DNA of 63,620 nt, counting the filler, from Rhabdomonas costata (Eukaryota): the NCBI GenBank assembly GCA_019059605.1. It is 43 parts of 43 records of this genome, joined end to end, with 100 filler letters (N's around TTAATTAATTAA, not from the genome) between each part and the next. Parts side by side here need not be neighbours in the genome. Positions count along the whole stretch, not along the records: positions 25,199 to 26,580 come from JAHMHO010017603.1; positions 26,681 to 28,062 come from JAHMHO010017604.1; positions 28,163 to 29,544 come from JAHMHO010017605.1; positions 29,645 to 31,026 come from JAHMHO010017606.1; positions 31,127 to 32,508 come from JAHMHO010017607.1; positions 32,609 to 33,990 come from JAHMHO010017608.1; positions 34,091 to 35,472 come from JAHMHO010017609.1; positions 35,573 to 36,954 come from JAHMHO010017610.1; 35 more parts are not named here. One strand, written 5' to 3'. Made by a program: the position numbers and the translations under genes. Within the stretch, counting starts at the first letter, position 1. Each line of letters starts with the position of its first letter. The notes beneath the pieces were generated by a model. The model searched no databases. It was not told the origin of the DNA and saw only the letters and a program-made list of their open reading frames with translations. This document shows positions 25,455-38,436 of this stretch, in pieces.

Positions 25455-26902
25455 GTGAGAAACCCTCTGCTTGGCATTTAGGGTGGAAAGTGCAAGAGCC
25501 TTTTGGCGGAGCCGGGTTGCATGCCGCTGGCCTTCCAGGAGATGGTGTACGACGGGGCCAAATTTATTCGGTGTTCATTGTGGAGTACGAGCGGTGCCGG
25601 GAGAACCCCTAAGATTAAGAAATTCGGCGCACTGTCGCCAAGTTGCTACTATTGCGTTGACTTTCCACAGCACAATCTCTCTCTTTCATTCACTGCTGTT
25701 GTCCGGGAAGCCGACGGAATTGTTTATGGTTGGTTGTTTTTGTGTAAGTTACCGGTGTGTCCCCGAGTGGAAAATGCCGAGCTCCTTTACGCGATGTTTG
25801 CTATTGCAGAAACACACTGATCATGGCACCCTGTTTAAACTGATTCCTTCCGTTGGCGCCATTGACTCTGTTCGTTTCGGATTTTTGTTTTTGATTGAGT
25901 GGAGTGGATGTGGTGTTCATTTTTCACATCTTCTTCGGGACACAGTTGGTTGGTATCAATAATGCTTGGTCATCCTGGCTTACATCGTGCTGTTGGCCTT
26001 CGGGTGGGGTGAACCAGGAACCAAACGCAATCTAGCAGTGTACTGCACCCACGTTGTGTAACATTACACGAGTGCAAACGCACAAATAACCACATCTTCC
26101 GATACAAAGACAACTCTCACAGACGGCAACTATTCTACATACTAGTAGTTTCCTGAGCATGTTTCTAATCAGCATCGGATCCACGAGACCGAATACCCTG
26201 CACATCATGACATATCACGCCATTTCCAGCCGCCGTTTTTCTGGAAGGAGCAGTAAAGGGAGGCGTGTGCGTTGTGGCCGTTCCCTTCGACGGTTGATTC
26301 TCTTCCCCTTCCAAGGCCCGATACGCGAGCCCCTGGCGCGCGCGTAGAAGGGCGCGCGTTTTCCCTCCAGCCCTCCATTCTTTTTCTTGCAGATTGTGCT
26401 TTTGAGTTGCTTTCATTAATGCCGTACAATTCCAAATAAGTTGACAATTTTAGGTGCAACCGAGGAAATGTTGGCCTCGATAAAACTCCGTGTATTTGCA
26501 ACTATACTGCATTTATACTTAACGTGTGTGCCATACTGTGCCAGACCTGCATCCCCTTAGCATTCGCCACACCCAAACAANNNNNNNNNNNNNNNNNNNN
26601 NNNNNNNNNNNNNNNNNNNNNNNNTTAATTAATTAANNNNNNNNNNNNNNNNNNNNNNNNNNNNNNNNNNNNNNNNNNNNGGGTGGGTTTGCACAGTTTT
26701 AACGTTTTCGTGTGCGTCTGTCGATCCATTGCGTGGTCCGTGGGGCGGCACTGACGAACCTTCCGTGTGGGCCCGATAAAAGATGGCCTCCCACTGTATC
26801 CGCCGAGCGCGGCTTGCTTGACACAGCGAGAAGGGGATGAGTTGTGCAGTGGACTGGAGCGGCTTTATACACTGTGCGGGCCCTGCGGTGGTGATCATCT
26901 GA

Positions 26903-27740
<838 letters not shown>

Positions 27741-28823
27741 TAGACCCTTCAGGGTCTCAGTGAGAAAAGGGCTGGAAGGCCGTTACATTCTGGAGGGGGG
27801 CCGTCGTCAGTTCTTGTACTTTGCGATATTAGAATTCTGCGTCCTGTGTTTGCAAAAAAAAAAGCTTTTATGGTGAAGCCGAAAAAGTATGTGCTCGTTC
27901 CCCCAATTTCATGAAGTTAGGTTTTACCCGTTCCTTGTTGCCCACCCCACTTTTTCCTTGCCATTTTCTCATGGGGTGTTCCTGCCCTCTGCGTGACTGA
28001 TGTTGGGTAGCACCTTGCTTTCTGGTGTATGGTGTATTTATCTTGAGCGTTTCCTCCCCACANNNNNNNNNNNNNNNNNNNNNNNNNNNNNNNNNNNNNN
28101 NNNNNNTTAATTAATTAANNNNNNNNNNNNNNNNNNNNNNNNNNNNNNNNNNNNNNNNNNNNTTGTTTTGGTCTTCGCAGAAGGGTTCGGGGCAGGATTT
28201 GTTGGGTCTTGCAGGCCCATGCCGGGCACAGACGCACACACACATTCCCTACCTCCCGCATCTTTGCAAGTGCACAATCCACGTTTTTTTTTTGGGGGGG
28301 GGGCGGTAGACATCAGCGTTTGTTGTTTTGGTGCAGGGTCTTGTCGTGGAGTGTGTGATAAACCTGCTATTGGGACAGTTTTATCCGGGGCTAGAGAGTT
28401 TTGCAATTATTTGGAAGGTATACTCCAGGATGTTGTGCAGGAACTCGGGAGCTTACGCCTTAAAGAAGCGTCAATCGTTATGCGCATGCCAATTTTAAAC
28501 GCATAACATTCTTTTGTTTTAGAACCCCATTGCGCCTATTACTGTGTTATAACGTCGGCCGATCCCAAAAAATGTACTGATCAAAGCCCCAGAGGTGGAA
28601 ATTCAATATTTGTGTGGTATGTTCCAGTGTTTTTTTTAAATCAACCGGTGAAACAGCTGGGAAGGGCTACATAGCTACGACAATTCTCCACTCTTCTTTG
28701 GTTTGCGGGCGAAGATGGTTAAAGGAGTTGGACGGCTCGGATCATCAAGGTAAAGCCTCCCGGGAAGACACCTTGGCCTGCTTACGAGCAGTGCAGTGCG
28801 CCAGCCCTTTTTTGCTTCCCTAG

Positions 28824-29544
28824 GATGTGGTCACCGTGGTGCTTGGCAGCCTGCCCACCAAGGGCACCCTGTACCACAACGGGCAGGCAGTGACCTCCCT
28901 GGTTCCGGCAATGAACAGGACGGCGCTGTGGGCCGCCGAGGTGCTGGACTTCAGTGATGAGTACCCCCTCATGCCTGCCTCCAACGTTATTGGCCCTCAA
29001 GATATCTTCACCTATGGCAACAACCACAACGCTTGGAGCACCTACGGGAACAACCTGTTCTGCTACGAGGCCCAGTACTGCTACACAAACTTTATCACTG
29101 TGGGATTCGCAGCGAAGCTTTACCCGACCGAGATGATTATTGTGGAGGTACGCCCCATTATGTTCCCTATGTGTGCGTCCAGTGTCCGCTGCTGCTCGCA
29201 TTGCATTGCATTTCGCAACTCGTCCTGGAGAGGGCTGAATTGTTTTTGTGCAGACCGATGGTCCCCGCTCTCTGGTACGGGTACGCACACCCCACCCCGA
29301 CAAAGCTGGGCAGTGGCTGACGCTGTGGATGGGCACCGCCCTCCCTGTGGATGAGAATGCTCCTCTGGTGCGCTCGATTCCCATCTGCGCCACTCCCTTC
29401 CCTGTGGACACCCTACGACTGGAATTCGACTGCAGTCAATCCCAGACCTACATCGAAGTCAACGCGGTTCAGCTTGTGGGGACATACGATGCCCCGCAAG
29501 CCCAAGTAGGGCCACCTCTTGAGCTGTTCTACCAACCCACCACC
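28824..29544 (+). CDS. Extracellular protein with a discoidin-like (pappalysin/FBXL4 N-terminal type) domain set within a cadherin-like repeat
   Basis: SLPTKGTLY, then WAAEVLDFSDEY...GPQDIFTYGN..AW...FITVGF...YPTEMIIVE|T...W..LW.G...LRLEFD...EVNAVQLVG. Intron 29148-29253. Confidence 0.55.
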
Positions 29545-29757
29545 NNNNNNNNNNNNNNNNNNNNNNNNNNNNNNNNNNNNNNNNNNNNTTAATTAATTAA
29601 NNNNNNNNNNNNNNNNNNNNNNNNNNNNNNNNNNNNNNNNNNNNGGGGGTGGGGCTTCGTTTTTCCCCTTAACTGAAGGACAAGCGTACAACGAAAGCGA
29701 GGAAAAACGAAGCCCCTCCCGCGACAACACAAAGGGAGTCGATGCAATTTGCCATAC

Positions 29758-30631
29758 CTTCTCAACGACCTCACTCACACGCTTAATTATGTCCTTTGTA
29801 CGGTGCTTGAAGGATCCATCCACCTGACAAAAATGGTCGAAAAAAGACGTTTGAAAACAAGAAAATGAACTGGAAATGATTTCTAGCTGGATAACATGAA
29901 CTCACCTTCGCCTCTATTGAAGCGGATAATCTCTCGATGTACTCCGAGCTTTCAAGAAACGTAACAATCTGCAGAAGCGAGAGAAGCGAAGAAAATCCAG
30001 CAAAGTTTGGAAGGCAAGACACGATCGCTCGCTAATAGTAAACAGAATATTTCCACCCAGCTGGACAAAGAAGAACTTTTAAGGGGGGGTGGACAGGTGC
30101 AAATGACGAGGTGAGCTTTATTTGATTCTATATTTCAACCCTGACCCTCTTCGTCCACGCTCTGTACGTCTTGGGGAAACATATTCCTAGGGGAAACAAA
30201 GTCACGAGAGATACTAAAGCGGCTGCAAAACATGAATGAACAGCTAAGATTCTGAAAAAACAGAACAACAGAACTGACCGAGGCTTTCACGGACTTTGAA
30301 ATCCTGTCCACAGAAGATGAATCGATTCGGCACGGTGCCCCACTTTCCTGAAATGAAACCATAAACCATAAAGACAAAACGGATCTGCTGTTGGATGCCG
30401 TTGGTGTCTATGGACGGTTCTCAATGTGGTACCAAAAGTGACTTGAGCGAGTCCAGAAACGTCTCTTGTTGAAGCGCGGCCTGAATCTGAAAAACAGGAG
30501 TGTGCAACAAGATAGGAGCTTGAAACACCCCCAAACAAAAGAGCACGAACGAAACACAAAAGGAACGCTCTGACACTTCGGGGAGAAAATACCCAAAAAG
30601 CAAGACAGTTCTCTCCGCTCGGCATATCCAT
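29758..30631 (-). CDS. Hypothetical protein with many short exons and short introns
   Basis: Successive AG/GT-bounded blocks: IQAALQQETFLDSLKSLL, ESGAPCRIDSSSVDRISKSVKAS, IVTFLESSEYIERLSASIEAK, VDGSFKHRTKDIIKRVSEVVEK. Confidence 0.5.
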
Positions 30632-32758
30632 CTAAACTGCCACGTTGATGTGGTTGGCCCATGACAAAAGGGAAACAACTGGAAGAGGGAAGATATCAGT
30701 GCAGTCTTTCAGATATCCTGAAATCTTCGATTGGAATCCTAGGGTGACACGTGCAGCGCCCACTGACTCCAAACTTCGGGGGTATATAGTATAGAGCCTA
30801 CGCAGGCCCATGGCAAAGGGGTCCTTCAGGTGGGCCTGTCTAGCATTGCTGCCACAGCCCCACACCTGCACCATTGTGCAACCTGTCCCCGCTTGTGCGC
30901 GGGTTTCCCCCATGGCCAACCCAAGGTGCCCTGAGGGGTTCCGGGTATACCATGGTTCCACCGACTTATACACTCCCTCTATGGTCTCAACCTGAATGTG
31001 CACTGGCAGGGTGGGCACCCCACACANNNNNNNNNNNNNNNNNNNNNNNNNNNNNNNNNNNNNNNNNNNNTTAATTAATTAANNNNNNNNNNNNNNNNNN
31101 NNNNNNNNNNNNNNNNNNNNNNNNNNTCACAAGGAAAGTCTGGAACTCTGCGGATATCGGCACCCCGCTCCCTTTGTGATTGAAAACACCAAATATGGCA
31201 TTTCGGGTCTGTGGGTGGGTGGAAGCGAGGTGAAAAACTGTATTTAAACCACATGAAGTTCTTCTTTGTATCACCATATCCTATTTCTTTGTCTTTTTGG
31301 GGTGAAGAGGCCCTACGTCATGGCCAAAACAGCAGTCACTCACAATTTCGATACAACCCTTTCCTCCCCTTTTCGGCTGAGGTTTCATGCCATTACGGCC
31401 ACTGAATAGCAGCCCCGACACAGTTTCCAGCAACATCACCTCATAGACAACAACGGTACCGTTTTTAGGAACAGCTCCTCAGACTTGCAGATATGATGCA
31501 TACATTGTACAATTTGCACATCCAATCGGGGAGAAAAGCGAGTACAGGAAAAGAGCTCGGCGGCAGAGGTTCCCACAGGGCTCCTTCAGGGATTGGATCC
31601 ATCCATTTCCTGAAGACCTGAGATGAGAGTTGCCACCGATGAGGTTCCGCAGGAAATCACTTCAGCAGAACTGGCCTCCCGTACTGGTGCGTGTCTTGGC
31701 GTTCTTTTTGAGGAGGAACATCCGAGTTCCAATCGAATCGGAAACCAAAAATTGGCAAAGCAAATTGGCGGCACCCCAACATCGACCACCATCACCATCA
31801 CCATCTGAGGCCAGGACGGCGACCGGTGCACGTTTTCTTCGGGAGGAGGGAAAAGTTGAAAGTTATTGGCTTGAAAAGGTGGGGCAGGTTTAAGGGTACA
31901 GAATAGCACCGCGGCTGGGTTGGGTCGTTCGAGGAGTGGGCAACGGGGTTAGAAATATGACTGTTTAGCACTGCCCCCCCCACTAATACAAAAAGGCCCA
32001 AGCCCCAAGATACCTCAGTTGCAGGCTAAAAACTTGTTCGAACTCCGCGTTGAATCCCTGCGAATCAGGAACATGTGCATCGCCCTCTCATTTTTCTCCA
32101 AAATTTTTGGGATCACATCAACTGTGTACGGCTTGTGCCGGGTACGCCCACCTTCGACACACCGGAAGCTATATCGGCGGACAGATGCTGAGTGCTCGTC
32201 GCAGTTGAGCCCAGTGAGGACACCAGAACAGCGGGAAATGCTCCTGAGCTGCCCGACTCCGCGGCTATCTGAAAAAAAAAACACCGACGGAAACAGGGCA
32301 GAATCCCTGGCCAATGCAGTCCGTTGGCCCACAGGGACATGCCTTTCAGCCAGTCCAACCAAATACAACAATTATAATATCAACAGGTCCTAAAAGCTCG
32401 AACCTCTTGTGTTATTTTGTTGTAAACTTTTGGCGTACCTCCACCTTAAAAGAGAGAAGTTCACTGGAAACAGCAATCCTTAATGCACAGAAGTAGTGCC
32501 AAAAAAACNNNNNNNNNNNNNNNNNNNNNNNNNNNNNNNNNNNNNNNNNNNNTTAATTAATTAANNNNNNNNNNNNNNNNNNNNNNNNNNNNNNNNNNNN
32601 NNNNNNNNCTTTCTGATTCTATCATTGCTCCCATGTCTGGCTCACCGCGGATTAGCCTTCCCGTCTCACGTTCCTCACTCTGCATATCCTCTGCGGGGGG
32701 CACCCAGGGACTCCCTCACCATCAACGCACTCGCAGAAACTCATACACACGCACACAC

Positions 32759-33685
<927 letters not shown>

Positions 33686-34099
33686 TCAGAAGAAAGCCAA
33701 GGGAACAAAGAGCCCAAGGGCAACAAGCGGGGATCGCGGAAAACATGAAAACCGTGTACCCCGAGAAAAGCTTCTGCTTGCTTTTCTGTGGTAGAAAAAA
33801 TAGCAGCGTTCATCCCAGCCGGCATCTCCTCCGCAGGCGCCGGCGAGCAAACCAACGGCAGCTCACTTCCTTTTTGTGGTGGCCGTCGCTGTTGTCGTTG
33901 GCAGGGCCCAGGGCGCACTATTCGTCCAAAGAATACACGCTGCCATTGGGCTCAGTGGGGGTTCCTGCCAGGCTCACCTCCCACACCCCCNNNNNNNNNN
34001 NNNNNNNNNNNNNNNNNNNNNNNNNNNNNNNNNNTTAATTAATTAANNNNNNNNNNNNNNNNNNNNNNNNNNNNNNNNNNNNNNNNNNNNGGGGTTTGG

Positions 34100-34165
34100 T
34101 TAGGGTTAGGGTTATTGATATGGGTAGCGTTTAGGTTATTGATACGGTCAGTGTTAGGGTTAGGG
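34100..34165 (+). repeat. Degenerate telomere-like TTAGGG repeats
   Basis: (TTAGGG)2 at 34100-34111 and 34154-34165, interleaved with two copies of GGTTATTGATA. Confidence 0.6.
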
Positions 34166-35573
34166 TTTCTGGCCGTGGGTACAATTCTAAAGTAATGCCG
34201 ATTATGCTTCCATGCGGTCGTAAGAACGTTGAGGGAGAGAAATTGTCTTATGATTGAAAGCGTTTGCATCTTGGTTGTGGTTGACATGGTGTTGGAATGG
34301 GAGCAGCGTGATTTGGCTGAGGTACAAATGGTGTAAATTCCTACGCAGAGAAACCACCGTGTTAGAGGGGGTTGGGTCCATGTAATGTGGATAGTGGTGG
34401 GGTAACGCAGCAGTCAGTCCCAACGTAGTGGGGCGCATGCGGATTATGTGCTTGGAATGACCACATTACTCCTCAGCTACCACCCCCACACTCATTGGCC
34501 TTTCCATCTTTCTTTGCGGGCACCTGCGGTATTATTCCAGCCATGTCTTGCGGCTCAGAACCACCCCAAATTCTCAACTCAGTAGATAGTAGGGTAGTAG
34601 TGAAGAGCGCAATGACGAGCGACCAATACATTACGAACGGAATGTCGAGCGTAGCGGGGAATGAAGTAAGAGCGTTACGACGAGGTCCTCTTCTACAATA
34701 TTACTCTCATCTTCATCTTCTTTGGGTCACATAGCTACTCTCAGTGTCCACAATTTTCCAACCAACTCAAGAAGAGGGAGAGAGTCGAGAGAGCGGTAAT
34801 CTTAGAGGATGTACTGAAATTTCCCTTGGTCACCACATTTTACCTCTGTCACCCTATGCACGTGGTTGAATGGAGTGAAGAACGTGGATGAGTAGACATA
34901 GCGTCATTGCACCATACCCAGCGTACCACTGTCACTACCATCACCATTGACACCATCATCTCATGCGCAGGTGTGTTTATCTTGAGCAGTGGATGCAGCA
35001 TTTCTACCACTACAGATCAGCACCACACTCATCACTACCACTACCACGAGTCTAACACTACTACATTTATTGGCTGGTGTTGGAAGTGGCAACCATGGCA
35101 GTGGGATACGCAAATGGTTGATGCACCATCGTTGTACTCACTTCTGACACAGCTACCGCTACCGGTAACCAGTCACCTCAACACTGCGGTACGTGTATGA
35201 CTTCCGGTCACCATCTACCACATGAACTCATCAACTGTGCCTATCGTGTGTGTTGAATTGATTTATTGCCAACTACAATGAGTTTCGATCACTGTATGTC
35301 AACCTTGGTTAACCTACCAAGCACTACTACCACATGCATAACTTGGGTTCATGTCCACCAGCAGAGTTCATGCTACCTTGGCCAACCTTTGGCTTGGTTC
35401 CATAACTGTGTAACTCAGGTGTTGAGTTACGCGCTACGTTGCATACCCCCACCGTCACCGTCACAACAAACCNNNNNNNNNNNNNNNNNNNNNNNNNNNN
35501 NNNNNNNNNNNNNNNNTTAATTAATTAANNNNNNNNNNNNNNNNNNNNNNNNNNNNNNNNNNNNNNNNNNNNG

Positions 35574-35792
35574 GGTGGGGGTATATCTTTTTATACAAAT
35601 GAATATAACCGTGATGGATCTAATGTTATCATATCTCGTAGTGGAATATCGGAAACATGTGTAAGAATAGTACACGGTAAATTTTGGTTAAATGATAGTG
35701 GATTTACAGTTCATATAAAAGAGAATTTAAATATCAATTTATTATATGTTGGATATTTTTGTGAATGTATTCAAGATTTAATAGTTGATTGA
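35574..35792 (+). pseudogene. hsdS: Type I restriction-modification specificity subunit TRD fragment A (not in ORF track)
   Basis: Manual translation GGGISFYTNEYNRDGSNVIISRSGISETCVRIVHGKFWLNDSGFTV...LLYVGYF...IQDLIVD*. Homologous to fragment B and truncated before the GSAQ motif. Confidence 0.7.
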
Positions 35793-36015
35793 CTTGATAC
35801 AATAATTGAAAGTAATAAATAGTAAAAAAATATAAGTAATAAATAATAAAAATAATCAATGAATATACTAAAATAATGAAATATTACATTTACACAAGTA
35901 CTACATTATATTTACCTAAATTAACCGTTATATACGGTATTTGGTAACGTTAACCGTTATATAAATTATATAAATTATATAAATATTACATTATTACACA
36001 AGTACATTACATTTA

Positions 36016-36410
36016 CAAAAAATTAAAATTGGAACTATTTGTGAAACCAAAAGTGGAGAATATGTTAAAGAATATATTCCTGGTGAATATCCTGTATATG
36101 GTGGTGGTGATGTATCAAATTATATAAATAAAAAAATAGATGTAATTCATTAGTCATTGCCAAAGATGGTGTATCTAAAAAATGTATTAGATGTATTGAT
36201 GGTGATTTTTTTCTCAATCATCACGGTTGGACATTAGAACATAAGAATAATACACTTGATAAATACGTATATTATTGGTTATGGAGCAATCAAGATAAAT
36301 TGTATAATCTAGCCTATGGATCTGCTCAGAAAGGAATAAATAGAATATCGTTTTATAATTTAGACATTCATTTACCTCCATTGGAAAAACAAAAAGAAAT
36401 AATATCCTGA
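36016..36410 (+). pseudogene. hsdS: Type I restriction-modification specificity subunit TRD fragment B, 1-nt frameshift in the A7 run at 36130-36136 (not in ORF track)
   Basis: KIKIGTICETKSG...GEYPVYGGG...(fs)...LVIAKDG...DKYVYYWL...GSAQKGIN...IHLPPLEKQKEII, the classic Methylase_S TRD plus the conserved LPPLEEQ helix. Confidence 0.88.
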
Positions 36411-36671
36411 TGGAAGAAATTTCATATCATATGCTAATTTGAACATTTCAACAGGATGTTCTTCAATTTTATTAATATCAATTTTGGTCTCAAGTATATC
36501 ATAAATTCCAGTAACTACACGTTTTATTGTATCATACCATGTTTCATTTGTTCCATCGTCTTTAATTCTGGAATATGTACGTTCATATACGAACATACCG
36601 AGACCATTGAATCCAAAATTTGGGATCTTGTTTTTGTAGTTTGTATTATCGATTAACATTTGAATATCCAT
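36404..36671 (-). pseudogene. nrdJ: Class II (adenosylcobalamin-dependent, monomeric-type) ribonucleotide reductase, N-terminal ~90 aa only
   Basis: PNFGFNGLGMFVYERTYSRIKDDGTNETWYDTIKRVVTG...MKFLPSG. Similarity stops where PxGRGLW is expected. AT-rich codons, no introns. Confidence 0.82.
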
Positions 36672-37054
36672 TGTATTAATAAAATATATTTTTTTATTAT
36701 GTATTATATATATGTATATTATGTATATATAATAATATAAATATGTATATAAATATAATATTAATTATAATAATTATTAAGTATAATATTATATATTTTT
36801 AGATAACCATTGGCACCAACCATATGGATCTAAAAATATATAATATTATACTTAATAATTATTATAATTAATATTATATTTATATACATATTTATATTAT
36901 TATATATACATAATATACATATATATAATACATAATAAAAAAAATATATTTTATNNNNNNNNNNNNNNNNNNNNNNNNNNNNNNNNNNNNNNNNNNNNTT
37001 AATTAATTAANNNNNNNNNNNNNNNNNNNNNNNNNNNNNNNNNNNNNNNNNNNN

Positions 37055-38436
37055 CATGACTCCATTGTGCACCTCCAGGGCCTTGGCCATGTCATGGGGC
37101 ATGTGGTCCCAGAGCTGGGTGGAGTCCTGCATGCACAGGGTGAGTGAGTGTGCGTGTGTGTGTGCACCACGCCAGTTACGAACACTTAGCTGAGAGCCAG
37201 CCACAATGCGAGCAATGTAACTAGGCCTGGGAGAGGAGAAGTTCACCCATCGCGTGATCGCAGAAGAGCAAAGGGCCACGATGGTCCTACGATGTTACCG
37301 TAGTGGGGTGTGCGGGGGGGGGGGGGCTGCATTCGAATGACAAACCACTCTTACCCCGCCGTCAATCTGTTTCGGGGCAAACCTCACCCTTGTGAAGCAC
37401 GTCGGAAATATCAAATAGGGTCACCTTTGAAGACCGCCCCCCCCCTCCGGTATATGGGTGCCTTGAACAGGGTCACCTCAGCACCTAAAACATAAACGCA
37501 ACAACCACGGGCCTGACGCACTGTTTGAGGATACATCGGGGAATAGCTTTCACACAACCCAACAGAAGAAGCAACCAACACAGCGCAGGAAACGAAAGCA
37601 GTAGCACCAACACCCAGAGCAGCGACACCTAACGCACCCACACACCCGAAGCCAACACACCCGACACCAATGCTTGCGCGACAACCCGGCACCAATCGAA
37701 CTACGAAGGACCGAAACCAAGACTCCAGTCACTCACACCACGACAAAACGACTTGGGGAAGTGTTTGTGACATGGTCTCAGGGATGTGGCTACGGACCTG
37801 GCTACAAAAGGAAACATTGAACTGAAATCGCGAGACAGGAAAAACGAACTAGAGGTGTGCGAAGTGCCCCATCGAAAAAAAAAAGAAACGGGGAGGGAAC
37901 AGGGACTGCGGGCACGGAATCCGCAACCAGATGCCACCTGAATATCGGTAAAGAGCATTGTCACCATGCCCTGGGGGGCCAAGGCGAGAAGCTGCTTCTC
38001 GGATAGCATCCCCATCAGCCGGGCCCGCCGCCACAGCCAGACAGCGACGAACGCAAGCAGGATGAGCCCACCTCCCACGCCAACAACCACCGCAATAATG
38101 ACCAGCACACTGGAGGTTTCGCCCGCGTTGGTCACGAAGCACTCGGGCACGCCTAAGGAGCTGAGAAAGTCAAACAGCGAACTCTATTCAACGGGCCCTT
38201 CCAAAGAGTTCAAGAAGGTGGGTACTGCGGTGAACTCAGTCCATCAGGTGCTTGTAAAACTAATAAAGCCACTCGGCTTCTGTTTGAAGAAATGCACGCT
38301 TGGGATTCAAGGAGCTTGCATGAAGGTTGAGCAAGACTGGTGTCAAACGCGAGCCAAGGTCGGCACTCAATGACTATCACCAGCCGCGTACCACCGATAC
38401 AGTGACTGTAGCACGTTGGACGCCCCCCCCACCACC
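37055..38436 (-). CDS. Receptor-type adenylate/guanylate cyclase: TM helix plus start of the catalytic domain (exons 38436-38381, 38152-37938, 37126-37055)
   Basis: VLVIIAVVVGVGGGLILLAFVAVWLWRR, then APQGMVTMLFTDIQ|DSTQLWDHMPHDMAKALEVHN, as in euglenozoan receptor cyclases. Confidence 0.88.

Noticed and set aside
36679-36954. ~125-bp near-perfect inverted repeat as a viral terminal hairpin
   Set aside because: Runs to the contig end with imperfect pairing in the loop, the same pattern as four other contigs. More likely a self-primed fold-back chimera, though not excluded without reads.
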